Shown one piece after another: positions 42,108-52,143 of a DNA stretch of 64,000 nucleotides. The stretch is taken from the NCBI RefSeq assembly GCF_056712565.1, contig NZ_CM160072.1, one strand, 5' to 3'. Every line of letters starts with the position of its first letter. The stretch's first letter is position 1. The notes beneath the pieces are model-generated. The model made no database searches. It was not told the origin of the DNA and was given only the letters and a program-made list of their open reading frames with translations. The translations under genes were made by a program, and so were the position numbers.

Positions 42108-43163
42108 TCACCGTGTAATTCCCGGGGACACGACTTTTCGATAATCAGAGGGGGTCATGCCAGTATCTTTTTTGAAGATGCGGCAAAAATAGTTTGAATC
42201 CTGGTATGCCAGTTCCAGCGCAATGGTATTTACTTGTAAGTCACTGAACCGCAATAACGATTTGGCGATAGTAATTTTACGCGTGGCAATATAGTTCGAA
42301 AACCCGAACCCGGTAATTTTCTTAAAGGTACGGCTCAAATAGCAGGCACTGACAAACGATTTTGCTGCCACGTCATCGAGCGTCAAGTTTCTGAGAATAT
42401 TTTTCTCAATATGGAATTTCGCTCGTTCGATAAAATCGATATTGCCTGTATAGCCTTTTAATGCGTAATCAAACAGCTCTTCGCTAATGGTCAGCAGGCT
42501 GATCATGATGCGGAAATAGCGGCTTTCCATCATGCCATACTGGTTGATGTCTTTGATCAGCGCGGCGACTTTACGGTTAGTCGGCATTAACTTTTCCCCT
42601 TTGGCGGTCATATACTGGCTAACTATTTCCAGAAAATCGATCACGTCTTTGCGCTTATCCTCTTCTATCATATCCACCGGACAGGCACCGTTGAGCGTGT
42701 CAAAAATAAAGTTGTGCCACTGGGTGTAATCGCAATCGTCTATCATGGCGAACACTTTCTGTTTTAGGGCGCGGGATTTTTCATTTTCTCCTTCGTCGAA
42801 TGCTAGGGTTTTTTTGATGGTGTCGGTCAAGATACATTTTTTCACTGGTTTGAGCAGATAATCATCCACTTTAAGGTTGTACATGCTGCGTACTATATCA
42901 AAGTCATCATTGGCCGTGATTACGATGATTTTAGTATCGCTGTTTTTTTTCTTCAGATATTCAATCACCTGTTTACCGTTCGGCAACGGAATATTAATGT
43001 CCACTAAGATCATATCGATTTGACTCAGTTGGTCAATTAAGTGAATCGCTTTTTTACCGGTTGAGGCTTCATGGATCGCAGCGTTTTCCACACACTGGGA
43101 GATAATCTGCCGCAGGGATTCTAATTCGATGGGCTCATCTTCAACGATAACAATGGTAAACAT
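42108..43163 (-). CDS. Response regulator with CheY-like receiver and C-terminal AraC-type HTH (YesN-like)
   Basis: 351-aa ORF MFTIVIVEDEPIELESL...DMILVDINIPLPNGKQV... and C-terminal AraC HTH. Confidence 0.85.
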   Translation of the reverse strand: MFTIVIVEDEPIELESLRQIISQCVENAAIHEASTGKKAIHLIDQLSQIDMILVDINIPLPNGKQVIEYLKKKNSDTKIIVITANDDFDIVRSMYNLKVDDYLLKPVKKCILTDTIKKTLAFDEGENEKSRALKQKVFAMIDDCDYTQWHNFIFDTLNGACPVDMIEEDKRKDVIDFLEIVSQYMTAKGEKLMPTNRKVAALIKDINQYGMMESRYFRIMISLLTISEELFDYALKGYTGNIDFIERAKFHIEKNILRNLTLDDVAAKSFVSACYLSRTFKKITGFGFSNYIATRKITIAKSLLRFSDLQVNTIALELAYQDSNYFCRIFKKDTGMTPSDYRKVVSPGITR

Positions 43164-43179
43164 ATGTCCTTTTCCTGTA

Positions 43180-44442
43180 TCAGGCTTCCTGCATTGGGAA
43201 CCGAAGTTTAATGGTTGTACCCATCCTGGGTTTGTTAGGGCTCATTATTTCCAAGCCATAGCTCTCGCCAAATAACAACTTCAATCTATTTTTTATGTTG
43301 TTAATGCCAATACTGCCTTTTTGCAATTTTTGGTCGCCTGATAAAATGCGATTAATGGTATCTGGTGCGATGCCGTCGCCATTGTCAGTGACTTCAATAA
43401 TCACGTTCAGGCCATCGTCCGTGGCACGGATCAGCAGATGACTATTGCTATCCCTTGGCTCCACTACGTAGTTAAAGAAGTTTTCCACCAGCGGTTGCAG
43501 GATCAAAAACGGGCAGACTACATCCAGATATTTTTCCGGGATATCGCACAGGTAATCGAAACGGTCTCTCATACGCACTTTTTGGATCGACATATAGTTG
43601 TTGACGTAATTTATTTCATTACGCAGAGTAATCAGGCCGTGACTATTTTTACGTAACAAATAGCGCATCATGTCAGAGAAATCGTGCACCATTGTTTCGG
43701 TACGCTGCGCATCTTCAAGAAAAGCTAACCGGCCAATGGTATTTAATACGTTAAATAAAAAGTGTGGATTTATCTGATAAGAGAGCGCTTTAAATTCAGC
43801 TTCATGTAGTGAGCGTTCTATCTCTACACGTTTTCTTAACTCATTAGCCAGTGCAAGATCCTTTTTACGAAGTTCGCGTTGGATATTATTGGTGTGCGCT
43901 TGTTCGACCAGATAAGACGATACGTGTAGTAACGTCGAGGCAGTAGACTCAAAACGCTCATACGGCATGCGACGTGTATTCTGGTGCAAATTAATTAACC
44001 AAGGATTATCTTTCCAGACGTCATTATTATTCAGAATATAGGAAATGCTCTGTTCTTTCTCTTCTTCGACTTTTACCTGACCGGAAATAAAAGCACCGAG
44101 ATAATGATCGTTAATCATGATTGGGACAGCGAATTCGACAAAACCGCAGTGGCAGCGATAAACCACCGGTTTGCGAGCGTGCATCGCGGCACGGCCACCA
44201 GCGTTGTCGCTTTCATAACAGTGGTGCGCCAGTGTCGGGTTGAGACGCGAACGCATGCAGAAGTCTGAAAAACCGCTGGGCTTAGTGACCGGGATACCAT
44301 TCTCATCCACAACCACGAGCGCGATCATCATTGATTTTGAAAAGTTGTCCTGCAGGGTCTGAAGGCGTTTTACATCCAAAAACTCATTTAATTTGTATTT
44401 ATTCTTCATACTTTCAGCCTGCATTTTTAAAAACATAATCAT
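43180..44442 (-). CDS. Sensor histidine kinase with N-terminal PocR-like small-molecule-binding domain (cytoplasmic, YesM/LytS-type core)
   Basis: 420-aa ORF; Cys/His-rich N-terminal domain ([22 protein letters not shown]...[14 protein letters not shown]), H-box [18 protein letters not shown]-terminal ATPase; no TM segments noted. Confidence 0.8.
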   Translation of the reverse strand: MIMFLKMQAESMKNKYKLNEFLDVKRLQTLQDNFSKSMMIALVVVDENGIPVTKPSGFSDFCMRSRLNPTLAHHCYESDNAGGRAAMHARKPVVYRCHCGFVEFAVPIMINDHYLGAFISGQVKVEEEKEQSISYILNNNDVWKDNPWLINLHQNTRRMPYERFESTASTLLHVSSYLVEQAHTNNIQRELRKKDLALANELRKRVEIERSLHEAEFKALSYQINPHFLFNVLNTIGRLAFLEDAQRTETMVHDFSDMMRYLLRKNSHGLITLRNEINYVNNYMSIQKVRMRDRFDYLCDIPEKYLDVVCPFLILQPLVENFFNYVVEPRDSNSHLLIRATDDGLNVIIEVTDNGDGIAPDTINRILSGDQKLQKGSIGINNIKNRLKLLFGESYGLEIMSPNKPRMGTTIKLRFPMQEA

Positions 44443-44501
44443 ATATTTATAAATAATTTGTCGCGAAAAAATTGAAATGGATCACAGCAACAAAAACAGC
44501 T

Positions 44502-44651
44502 CCGGCTCTGAAAGTAATGCTTCGGTTATTTGCAAGGGATACTCCTTTTCAAACCTTGCTGAACCAGTGCAGATACACAGGGAAACGTATACCAGAACTG
44601 CCACAATACAAACGCCAGTTACTGGCGATACGAATGGAATGACGAGGCAGT
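44502..44651. repeat. Copy 2 of the inverted repeat (see 37099-37266); lies in the upstream region of the PocR kinase operon and abuts the group II intron 3' end
   Basis: Same alignment as copy 1; contains the perfect palindrome cgccagt-t-actggcg. Confidence 0.6.
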
Positions 44652-44713
44652 CTGTCAGAAAGCCCCACATGAACGATCACCACCTACATAGGAGGTGTTT
44701 TAAAATTGATCGA

Positions 44714-46515
44714 GTAGGAGGCGGGATCACTCCCGCCGTCCTCTCACACCACCGTACATGCGGCTCCGCATACGGCGGTTCATGTTAACACTGGAACTGC
44801 CTCTGCTGTTCCAGCAGTGATATCAGACCCTGCCTGCTGAACCACGCATTCTTTATCGCCTGATTCATATGGCTTGACTCTGAGTTCCACCATGGCCCGT
44901 GGTTGTTGTACGCTGAGATCATCGCCCTGTCCTTACTCAGTCCTGCTCTTTGCAGGTTCTTTGCCCGGGTTAGCGGTCTCTTCCACTGCCGCTACAACAA
45001 GCAACGCAGTTTCCGTTTGATCCAGCCATCCAGCTCCTCCAGCACTCCTCTGACCTCCGTCAGCCTGAAGTAGCTTATCCATCCACACAGCACTGGTGTC
45101 AGAGCATTGATTGTCGCTTTCACTGATTTGCTCCGGTTTCCCGTCGTCAGACTGTGGACTTTCTCCTTCAGCCTGTTCACGCTCGTCAGGGCTATCTTCA
45201 GCTTCGCCTGTTTGTGCCATGTCACACTGTACCCGAGGAACTTCCGATCCCACGGGCGCGCCACCGCGCTCTTCTTCTCATTCACCTTCAGTTTGTTCTC
45301 CACGAACGCCCTGATGTTCTTCAGCAGATGGTCGCCCGCTTTCCGGCTGCTTACGTAGATGTTGCAGTCGTCTGCGTAGCGGCAGAAGCTGTGTCCACGA
45401 CGCTCCAGTTCTTTATCCAGTTCATCCAGCAGGATGTTCGACAGTAACGGCGACAGTGGGCCGCCCTGCAGCATGCCCGCCTGCCGTTTCTCCCTTTGCC
45501 CGTCTTTAACCATTTCCGCTTTCAGGTAGCGGCGTATCAGTCACAGCACCCGCCTGTCCTTTATCGTTCTGGCCAGACGCGTCATCAGGAGTCTGTGATC
45601 CACCCGGTCGAAGAACTTCTCCAGATCCATATCCACCACCCACCGTTTGCCACCCCGTATGTAACGCTGTGCCTGTTGCACCGCCTGCTGGATAAGCCTG
45701 TCCACCACCGTCGGGATGCCTGAGGTTCTCACGCCGCCATCCGGCTTCGGGATATCCATCCGGCGTATTGTCCGCGGCTGGTAGTTTCCGTCAATCAATG
45801 CCTGCCTGACGCTGCGCCAGTTCTTCTTCAGCCACGGTTTCAACTCCGCCACGCTGAGGTTATCCACCCCCGCCGTGCCTTTGTTTTCCACCACGCGCTG
45901 ATAAGCCAGCATCAGGTTTTCTCTCGTTATCACCGCTTCCATCGTCAGCGGCACTTCCGCTTTCGTTTGCCCACCCGCCGCCGTGCTGATTTCAGCGCCA
46001 TCATGCAGCCCTGACGGATACTGTCCGTCTCCTCTGCCGCTGGTCGCAGTGGCCTGCGCTTGTGCTTCATTAATCATCATCGGGTTCGGATGTCCTAATC
46101 ACAGTTAATCATGTTCGGCCCTTCATGCTGCCGGTTTTGCAGCACTACTACGGCGTCGGCTGACTTCTGCCGCCCCATCCCGGCGCCTCACGGCGCCGGT
46201 AGCACACTGGCAGGGCGACAGATCTCCCGGGGTAATTCACGCGACTTTCCTGCTTATGCCTGTCGGCTTTACGTCACAGCGTTCCGTGTGAGTATCGGGC
46301 TTTGGTGATTAGTGCCACCTTACCCTGCTGCGCCGCCTTAACCGCTTCCTGTTCGTCAGGCCAGCATTTTGCATCCAGCTTCCTTCAGATTTCACCTCGC
46401 GATGAACACCCTTGCCTTCCGCTAACACTTCCCCTCACCGGGTGTGTGGAGGACTTTCACCTCTTAGTCGTTCTTCTGCCACCACAGTTGAAGAACAGCG
46501 CCAGTCACGGCGCAC
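44714..46515 (-). mobile_element. Group II intron (bacterial class C-like: inserted just downstream of an intrinsic terminator)
   Basis: Minus-strand 5' end GTGCG at 46511-46515, six nt after the terminator U-tract; domain V-like hairpin (GAACCGCCGTATGCGGAGCCGCATGTACGG) and domain VI-like hairpin near 44715-44780; RT ORF inside; 3' boundary approximate. Confidence 0.7.
44992..45942 (-). pseudogene. Intron-encoded reverse transcriptase/maturase interrupted by in-frame stop codons
   Basis: RT motifs (GVDNLSV, QGGPLSPLLSNILLDELD, FCRYADDCNIYV) and X-domain (CGWISYFRL); in-frame TGA at 45541-45543 and TAG at 44992-44994 after which the frame still reads RQWKRPLTRAKNLQ. Confidence 0.7.
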
Positions 46516-46525
46516 ATAACAAAAA

Positions 46526-46548
46526 GCCAGCAGGCAGACACTGCTGGC
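46526..46548 (-). terminator. Rho-independent terminator of the upstream membrane-protein gene; insertion target of the intron
   Basis: gccagcag-gcagaca-ctgctggc hairpin flanked by A5 and T5. Confidence 0.55.
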
Positions 46549-46565
46549 TTTTTGTTATGGCGGGA

Positions 46566-47471
46566 TTAAAACAGGGGAACCAAGGTAAATAATCCAATGG
46601 TCGCCAACAGATTAATCATCGTGGTCATAATGGTGATGACCATCGCCGGCGGGTCAATATGTGTATCGCCGTGGATCAGGAAGATACGCGACATCAGTTC
46701 ACCCAATATCGCGCAAATTATGCCAACGATAGCAGCCCAAATCAGGCTACCTGATGGCACCGCTACCAACGCGGCAGGCAGCGAAATATGATGTGACACC
46801 GGTACCTGAGTATTGAAATGCAGGAAAATCAGTGAGAACGCGGAAATACCAAACGCCAGCAGCGCGCCGTTGCCGCCAAACTTCAGGCCTAAAAAGCCTG
46901 CCATCAAGCCAATACCCAAGCCCAGCACGGAAAGCTGCGGAATGCGGCTATGGTAAGGTATCCAGCACTTATCCTGCGGCGGATAGCAGTGACGAATTCC
47001 CTGCTCCGGTTTTCCAAACAGGCCAGTTTTACCGAAAACCAGACGCGAGACCACGCCAGAAATCACCACGGTTAGTGCCACGGTATCGGTCCAAGCATTG
47101 CCGGACGGGAAGGCCGGAATCTGGTTCAACCCCCAGGCGATGATGTAACCAACCGCCCCAAAAACCCCGCCTACCAGCAGCACATCGTAAGCCGCCAGAC
47201 CGCTCAACCCGGCAGTGATATCACGCCCGGAACCCAGCTTGCCTTTCTTCGCTGCATACGCCGTCGCCGCAACCCCAGCGGCAAAGCCGCCGGTGTGCGG
47301 GCCAAACAGTCCAAACGGAAAAGTAATAAAGTCCGATGATGCTCCGGTAATAATTTGCACTACCGTCATGGCGATAACCAGAAGCCCAACGAATTCAAAC
47401 GCCGCCAGCGCGCCAACAGCCGCACCAAATATGCCGCCGCCGAAGGCAACTACAATATCTAAGCTATTCAT
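46566..47471 (-). CDS. Polytopic membrane protein, probable transporter (family not recognised; no NPA motifs, so not a GlpF/PduF-type channel)
   Basis: 301-aa Gly/Ala-rich hydrophobic ORF directly downstream of the activase gene. Confidence 0.55.
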   Translation of the reverse strand: MNSLDIVVAFGGGIFGAAVGALAAFEFVGLLVIAMTVVQIITGASSDFITFPFGLFGPHTGGFAAGVAATAYAAKKGKLGSGRDITAGLSGLAAYDVLLVGGVFGAVGYIIAWGLNQIPAFPSGNAWTDTVALTVVISGVVSRLVFGKTGLFGKPEQGIRHCYPPQDKCWIPYHSRIPQLSVLGLGIGLMAGFLGLKFGGNGALLAFGISAFSLIFLHFNTQVPVSHHISLPAALVAVPSGSLIWAAIVGIICAILGELMSRIFLIHGDTHIDPPAMVITIMTTMINLLATIGLFTLVPLF

Positions 47472-47607
47472 CTAGCTTACCTCTGTAATTAAATCAAATG
47501 ACAATATAAGTAATGCAGATTGCTCTATATTTTTAAAATTGAAATAGTATTCATGCGTAACAAATAAACAAGCGCAGCATTTTTTCGCACTCTTATTACA
47601 TCTTTTA

Positions 47608-48525
47608 TTAACCGCCGATATGGCAGTTAAAACCTAAGGATTCAACCATTGCTTTTAACTCTGCCATTTGGGCTTCTTCGATACTTTTTGTATCGCCCAT
47701 CGGATACTGGCGACCAAGCAGATTATATTTATTTTCACCGAAGCTGTGATAAGGCAATAAGTGAATGGTATCGACGTTCTGCATCAGGCGGGCGAACTCC
47801 GCAATATTATGGATTTCCTGCGAATTGTCATTCACTCCTGGGATCACAGGAATACGCACAACCACTTTGGTTAAAAAGGAGATGCGCAGCAGATTCTCCA
47901 GAATCACTCTGTTATTCACGCCGGTGTTGCGCTCATGGATTTCCGGATCGATGGCTTTAATATCGGTCAGAGCAAGATCGACATAGGGAAATATCTCATC
48001 AATCACCGCTTTGGTGGTGAAGCCGCTTGTTTCAATAGCGGTGTGCCAGCCTTTGGCTTTACAGGCTTTAAGCAGCTCGCGGGCAAATTCCGGCTGCGCC
48101 AGCGGTTCACCACCGGACAGGGTAATCCCGCCGCCTGAACGCCGGTATAAATTCTCTTCTTTTTCCAGTTCGCGCATCACTGCCGTTACCGACATACGCT
48201 TGCCCTTCATTTCCAGCGCACGGGTAGGGCAAATCTCAGTACATTTCCCACACTGAATACAGCGGTCGCGATTGATAAACCAGGCATTAGTAGTGGAAAG
48301 AGCCTGTTGTGGGCAAGCATCAATACATTTTCCACAGCGGATGCAATCATTCTTTTTAAATAATAACTCTGGGCTGTGACGTTGTGATTCAGGATTACTA
48401 CACCATTTGCAGGACAGCGGGCAGCCTTTAAAAAAAGGAATGGTTCGAATGCCTGGACCATCATGCAAAGAATAGCGTTGAATATTAAATATGACGCCTT
48501 CGGTTTCGTACTCAACTTTATTCAT
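47608..48525 (-). CDS. Glycyl-radical enzyme activating enzyme (radical SAM, with two ferredoxin-like 4Fe-4S motifs)
   Basis: 305-aa ORF with CPLSCKWCSNPE radical-SAM motif and CIRCGKCIDACP / CIQCGKCTEICP clusters. Confidence 0.9.
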   Translation of the reverse strand: MNKVEYETEGVIFNIQRYSLHDGPGIRTIPFFKGCPLSCKWCSNPESQRHSPELLFKKNDCIRCGKCIDACPQQALSTTNAWFINRDRCIQCGKCTEICPTRALEMKGKRMSVTAVMRELEKEENLYRRSGGGITLSGGEPLAQPEFARELLKACKAKGWHTAIETSGFTTKAVIDEIFPYVDLALTDIKAIDPEIHERNTGVNNRVILENLLRISFLTKVVVRIPVIPGVNDNSQEIHNIAEFARLMQNVDTIHLLPYHSFGENKYNLLGRQYPMGDTKSIEEAQMAELKAMVESLGFNCHIGG

Positions 48526-48633
48526 AACATCACTCTATATTTACCAGATGAATTACCTTTTCAGATAAAAGTAACAACCAGAAGTCGTGGAGAAAGTAAC
48601 GGGCTATATATTGATACATAGCCCGTCTGGTAT

Positions 48634-51186
48634 TTACGACAGTTGTTGCTCAGTACGGCTGATTATGTCGTCCTGAACTTCTTTCGCTAAAACTACCCAC
48701 TGGGCGCTATAGCCCGCAACGCGTACCACCAGATCCTGATGTTGCTCAGGATTTTTCTGGGCTTCGATCAAAGTGTTGCGGTCGATAACGTTAAATTGAA
48801 CGTGCATCCCTTTCTTATCGAAGTAGTGACGTATCAGGCCGCTGAAGTTGCGCAGACCGTTCTCGCCAGCCAAAGAAGACGGCAGGAATTTCTGATTATA
48901 GAGCGTACCGTTGGAGGCGATAAAGTGATCCAGTTTGGCAACTGAGTTGGCTGCGGCGGTTGGGCCAAGGGTGTCTTTACCCTGACGTGGAGATACGCCA
49001 TCCGCCAACGGCTCTTTCGCCAGACGGCCATCCGGCAGTGCGGCAACGTCTTTACCAAACAGCACGTTCGCAGACACCGGATAGATACCAGCCTGGAACT
49101 GGCCACCGCGCGGGTTGGTATATTTCTCAACTTCCTGGCAGTAGATCAGCGCACATTTACGCGCTACTAAATCCACGTCATCGATGTCGTTACCGAAGCA
49201 CGGTGTGTTTTCCAGAATACGACGGATCTCCTCGTGACGGGACATAGTGCCGGATTGCACCGGTGCTGCACTGCCGGAAGTCAGCTGGCGATAAACTTCG
49301 TTTTTAATCGCTGCCGGATCCAGCGCGCCATGCTGTTCAATGATGCGTTTCACCACATCGTAGATATCCTGCTCGTTGAGCGAGGATTTCGCCGCTGGAG
49401 TGTGCGGGTTCGCACCCACCGGATAACCGAAGTTGGCGTCCAGTGCGCTTTTCAGTTCGCTCAAAGACAGTTTACGATCTTCGAATACCTGTTTCTGGAT
49501 GGCATAGACGGAGTCGCCGGTATCGGCTACGCCGAATGCTTGCGGCCCAGTAAAGTTGTAAATCGCCCCGCCTTCCTGGAGAGATTTACCACGGCCGATA
49601 CAGTCGTCGACCAGTGCTGATAGGAACGGCAGCGGGCAGCGTTCGCCGTGGGCAATATCCACGCTGTTACAGGCTTCAACCAGTTGATGAACGAAGTGCG
49701 CCATCTGTTTCTGGAACGCGGTGTAGAAGTCCTCCATGCTGGTGAACTGAGTCAGTTCGCCAGTCACTGGGCCTAGCTGTTTATTGCCAACGCGACCGTT
49801 GTTCAGGGTGATTTCCAGCACTTTTGCAACGTTAAAGAACGCGGCGTCATGCCAGCCCTCGGTGCGATGCGGTGCCTGCGGCTCTACGCAGCCGATGATA
49901 CAGTAATCACGCGCATCACGCAGCGAAATGCCACGGTTCTGCAGCGCCGGGATGATTACTTCATCGTTGTACATTGCCGGAACGCCCAGGCCCATACGCA
50001 CCAGCTCGCAAGCGCGATACAGAAACTCATCCGGAGTACCCTGCCATACGCGGATTGAGAAGGATGGCTGCGGCAGACGCACATGGGCAGTCGCTTCCAT
50101 ACACATGTAGCTCAGATCGTTAGTTGCGTCGCGACCGTCTTCTGTCTGGCCGCCACAGCACAGGTTCTGGAACACTGCGTAACCGGCAAACGCCTGGGCA
50201 GAGACTTCGTCACGCGTTTTGTTAATGTCGTTAAGCTTGATCCAGCAGCAATCCACCAGTTCCTGCGCGAATTCACGCGAGATAGATTTGTCCGACTCCA
50301 GATACGGGTACATATACTGGTCGAAACGCCCCGGGGAGATAGAATGACCGCTGGATTCAATCTGTAACATGCTCTGAATAAACCAGAATGTCTGGCATGC
50401 TTCCCAGAATGTGGTAGCACCGTATTCCGGCACGCGAGTACAGTTTTGAGCAATCTGCTCCAGTTCGCGTTTACGGGTCGGATTGCTCTCCTGCTGCGCC
50501 AGACGGGATGCTTCTTCAGCGTAACGATGGGCGAAACGGATCGCTGCGTTATAACTGATCAGCACCGCATTATAGAACTGTTCTTTCTTTATATATCCTG
50601 GTTCAGTGCGATCTAATGATTCCAAGGCACGGCTAACTTCATTAATGATACCACGGAAACCAATTTTCAGCACTTTACCGTAGTCAACACTGACATGACC
50701 GACGCCCCCGAAGAAGTAGTTACCAACAGTGAATACACCGCTCGCCATACTCTCTTTAGTGCCTTCTGACATGTAAGATGCCGCCAGAGCACTGGTAGTT
50801 TTACCCGGCCAGTATTTAAATGCTTCATGAAGCTCCTGAGCAGTCTTTTTCGGGATAACAAACGGGTCGGCAATACGGTGTTCCATAGTCTCAAACTCTT
50901 TTTCCACCCAGTCGTAGGAGAACTCAGGGCAGATTTCAGTTGAGCGAGGATTAATAGTTACCGCTCCAACGATTAATTCGTCTGGGCGAATTGTTACCGG
51001 TAATTGGTTAAAGATTTTTTCCACCACTTTAGCACGACGCATAATCGCGGGCAGTTGTTCTGTTTCTTTATATGCTTCGGTTGCTAACACCGCGCGTTCT
51101 GATTCCACATACGGCTTCGCCGTCAGGATCATATTTCTCAGTCTTACAACACGGTCTGTCGGATTAGAAAAGCCTTTCTCTAACAT
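48634..51186 (-). CDS. Glycyl radical enzyme of the dehydratase/eliminase clade (probably B12-independent 1,2-propanediol dehydratase; choline TMA-lyase or another diol/amino-alcohol lyase not excluded)
   Basis: 850-aa ORF with catalytic GCVEP motif (DYCIIGCVEPQ) and C-terminal glycyl radical motif VVRVAGYSAQW; substrate assignment is inference from locus context. Confidence 0.85.
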   Translation of the reverse strand: MLEKGFSNPTDRVVRLRNMILTAKPYVESERAVLATEAYKETEQLPAIMRRAKVVEKIFNQLPVTIRPDELIVGAVTINPRSTEICPEFSYDWVEKEFETMEHRIADPFVIPKKTAQELHEAFKYWPGKTTSALAASYMSEGTKESMASGVFTVGNYFFGGVGHVSVDYGKVLKIGFRGIINEVSRALESLDRTEPGYIKKEQFYNAVLISYNAAIRFAHRYAEEASRLAQQESNPTRKRELEQIAQNCTRVPEYGATTFWEACQTFWFIQSMLQIESSGHSISPGRFDQYMYPYLESDKSISREFAQELVDCCWIKLNDINKTRDEVSAQAFAGYAVFQNLCCGGQTEDGRDATNDLSYMCMEATAHVRLPQPSFSIRVWQGTPDEFLYRACELVRMGLGVPAMYNDEVIIPALQNRGISLRDARDYCIIGCVEPQAPHRTEGWHDAAFFNVAKVLEITLNNGRVGNKQLGPVTGELTQFTSMEDFYTAFQKQMAHFVHQLVEACNSVDIAHGERCPLPFLSALVDDCIGRGKSLQEGGAIYNFTGPQAFGVADTGDSVYAIQKQVFEDRKLSLSELKSALDANFGYPVGANPHTPAAKSSLNEQDIYDVVKRIIEQHGALDPAAIKNEVYRQLTSGSAAPVQSGTMSRHEEIRRILENTPCFGNDIDDVDLVARKCALIYCQEVEKYTNPRGGQFQAGIYPVSANVLFGKDVAALPDGRLAKEPLADGVSPRQGKDTLGPTAAANSVAKLDHFIASNGTLYNQKFLPSSLAGENGLRNFSGLIRHYFDKKGMHVQFNVIDRNTLIEAQKNPEQHQDLVVRVAGYSAQWVVLAKEVQDDIISRTEQQLS

Positions 51187-51234
51187 ATAAAACTCCCGAA
51201 TATATTTTGTTAACCTTGCGGAGATGCCAGGGTA

Positions 51235-51810
51235 TTAATGAATAATGCTAGTGCCCATTTGAGTAATAAAGTGACGTAATATTGCTGGATGCCCCATCCA
51301 GGTAGTCGCGGTTATTAAATTACCATCCACAATGGCTTCATCATCTGCGGCAGTGACCCACTGGCCACCCGCCATTTCCACTTCCGGTTTTACCGTAAAA
51401 TATCCCGTCAGTTTCCGGCCTTTTAATACCCCAGCAGCGGCCAGAATTTGTGGGCCATGACAAATTGCAGCAACAGGTAATGTTAAATTCATCGCGTAAT
51501 GCACGATATCCAATACTGACTTATTTAATCGCAAGTATTCCGATGAACGCCCACCAGAAATATAAACACCACTATATTCCTGTAACCTTATGTCATCAAA
51601 TGATGCAGTTAATCTAAAAAGATGTCCGGGTTTTTCGGTGTAGGTCTGATCACCTTCAAAATCATGAATCGCGGTTTTAATAAACTCGCCGGTACGTTTT
51701 CCCGGACACACTACATCCACTCTGAAACCTAACATGTTTAATGCCTGCCATGGCACCATGACTTCATAGTCTTCAGAGAAATCGCCTGTGATAAGTAATA
51801 TCTTCTTCAT
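51235..51810 (-). CDS. DJ-1/PfpI-family protein (class I glutamine amidotransferase-like)
   Basis: Start at internal MKKILLITGDFSEDYEV (191 aa); nucleophile-elbow motif VAAICHGPQILAAAGVL. Confidence 0.75.
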   Translation of the reverse strand: MKKILLITGDFSEDYEVMVPWQALNMLGFRVDVVCPGKRTGEFIKTAIHDFEGDQTYTEKPGHLFRLTASFDDIRLQEYSGVYISGGRSSEYLRLNKSVLDIVHYAMNLTLPVAAICHGPQILAAAGVLKGRKLTGYFTVKPEVEMAGGQWVTAADDEAIVDGNLITATTWMGHPAILRHFITQMGTSIIH

Positions 51811-51820
51811 AAGCGGACTC

Positions 51821-52120
51821 TCAAAACTGGTTATCGTCTTCCTCAATGATTCGCATGGCTTCATGCACCGCCGCGACTTCGCCAAAAATGGCCAATGTGG
51901 TGATATGCTGAGGGCAACTGCCAAAGATTTCTGATACCACCACATTGGCGCTTTTACTGGCTACGTCGGCATAAAAATAGAGATCCGGAACCGGCAGTAT
52001 TAACAAACCAATGGCGTCGATGCGAATCAAATCCAAACGCGAACGAAACTCCCCGGGCATACGCCGTTTCAACATAGCCAAAATATCCGGGGTCGGTGCG
52101 TTTATGATTCGTTTTTTCAT
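51821..52120 (-). CDS. BMC shell protein, EutS/PduU-type (circularly permuted BMC domain)
   Basis: 99-aa ORF ...IGLLILPVPDLYFYADVASKSANVVVSEIFG...TLAIFGEVAAVHEAM... resembling EutS/PduU. Confidence 0.65.
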   Translation of the reverse strand: MKKRIINAPTPDILAMLKRRMPGEFRSRLDLIRIDAIGLLILPVPDLYFYADVASKSANVVVSEIFGSCPQHITTLAIFGEVAAVHEAMRIIEEDDNQF

Positions 52121-52143
52121 CTTTAAGTCACCCTTCGCGATAG

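Noticed and set aside
44933-45253. 106-aa minus-strand ORF overlapping the intron RT
   Set aside because: Alternative frame within the RT gene; acidic low-complexity translation
44992-46080. Reverse transcriptase as part of a retron or diversity-generating retroelement
   Set aside because: Flanking GTGCG 5' end, domain V-like hairpin, X-domain motif and terminator-adjacent insertion all point to a group II intron; no msr/msd-like repeats or variable-repeat pair seen
46566-47471. Membrane protein as a GlpF/PduF-type diol facilitator
   Set aside because: No NPA motifs found and length and topology do not fit the MIP family; left as unassigned transporter
48634-51186. Glycyl radical enzyme as a pyruvate formate-lyase (PflB/TdcE-like)
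   Set aside because: Catalytic region reads GCVEP (single Cys plus Glu, eliminase type) rather than the adjacent Cys-Cys of formate-lyases, and the gene is embedded in a microcompartment operon
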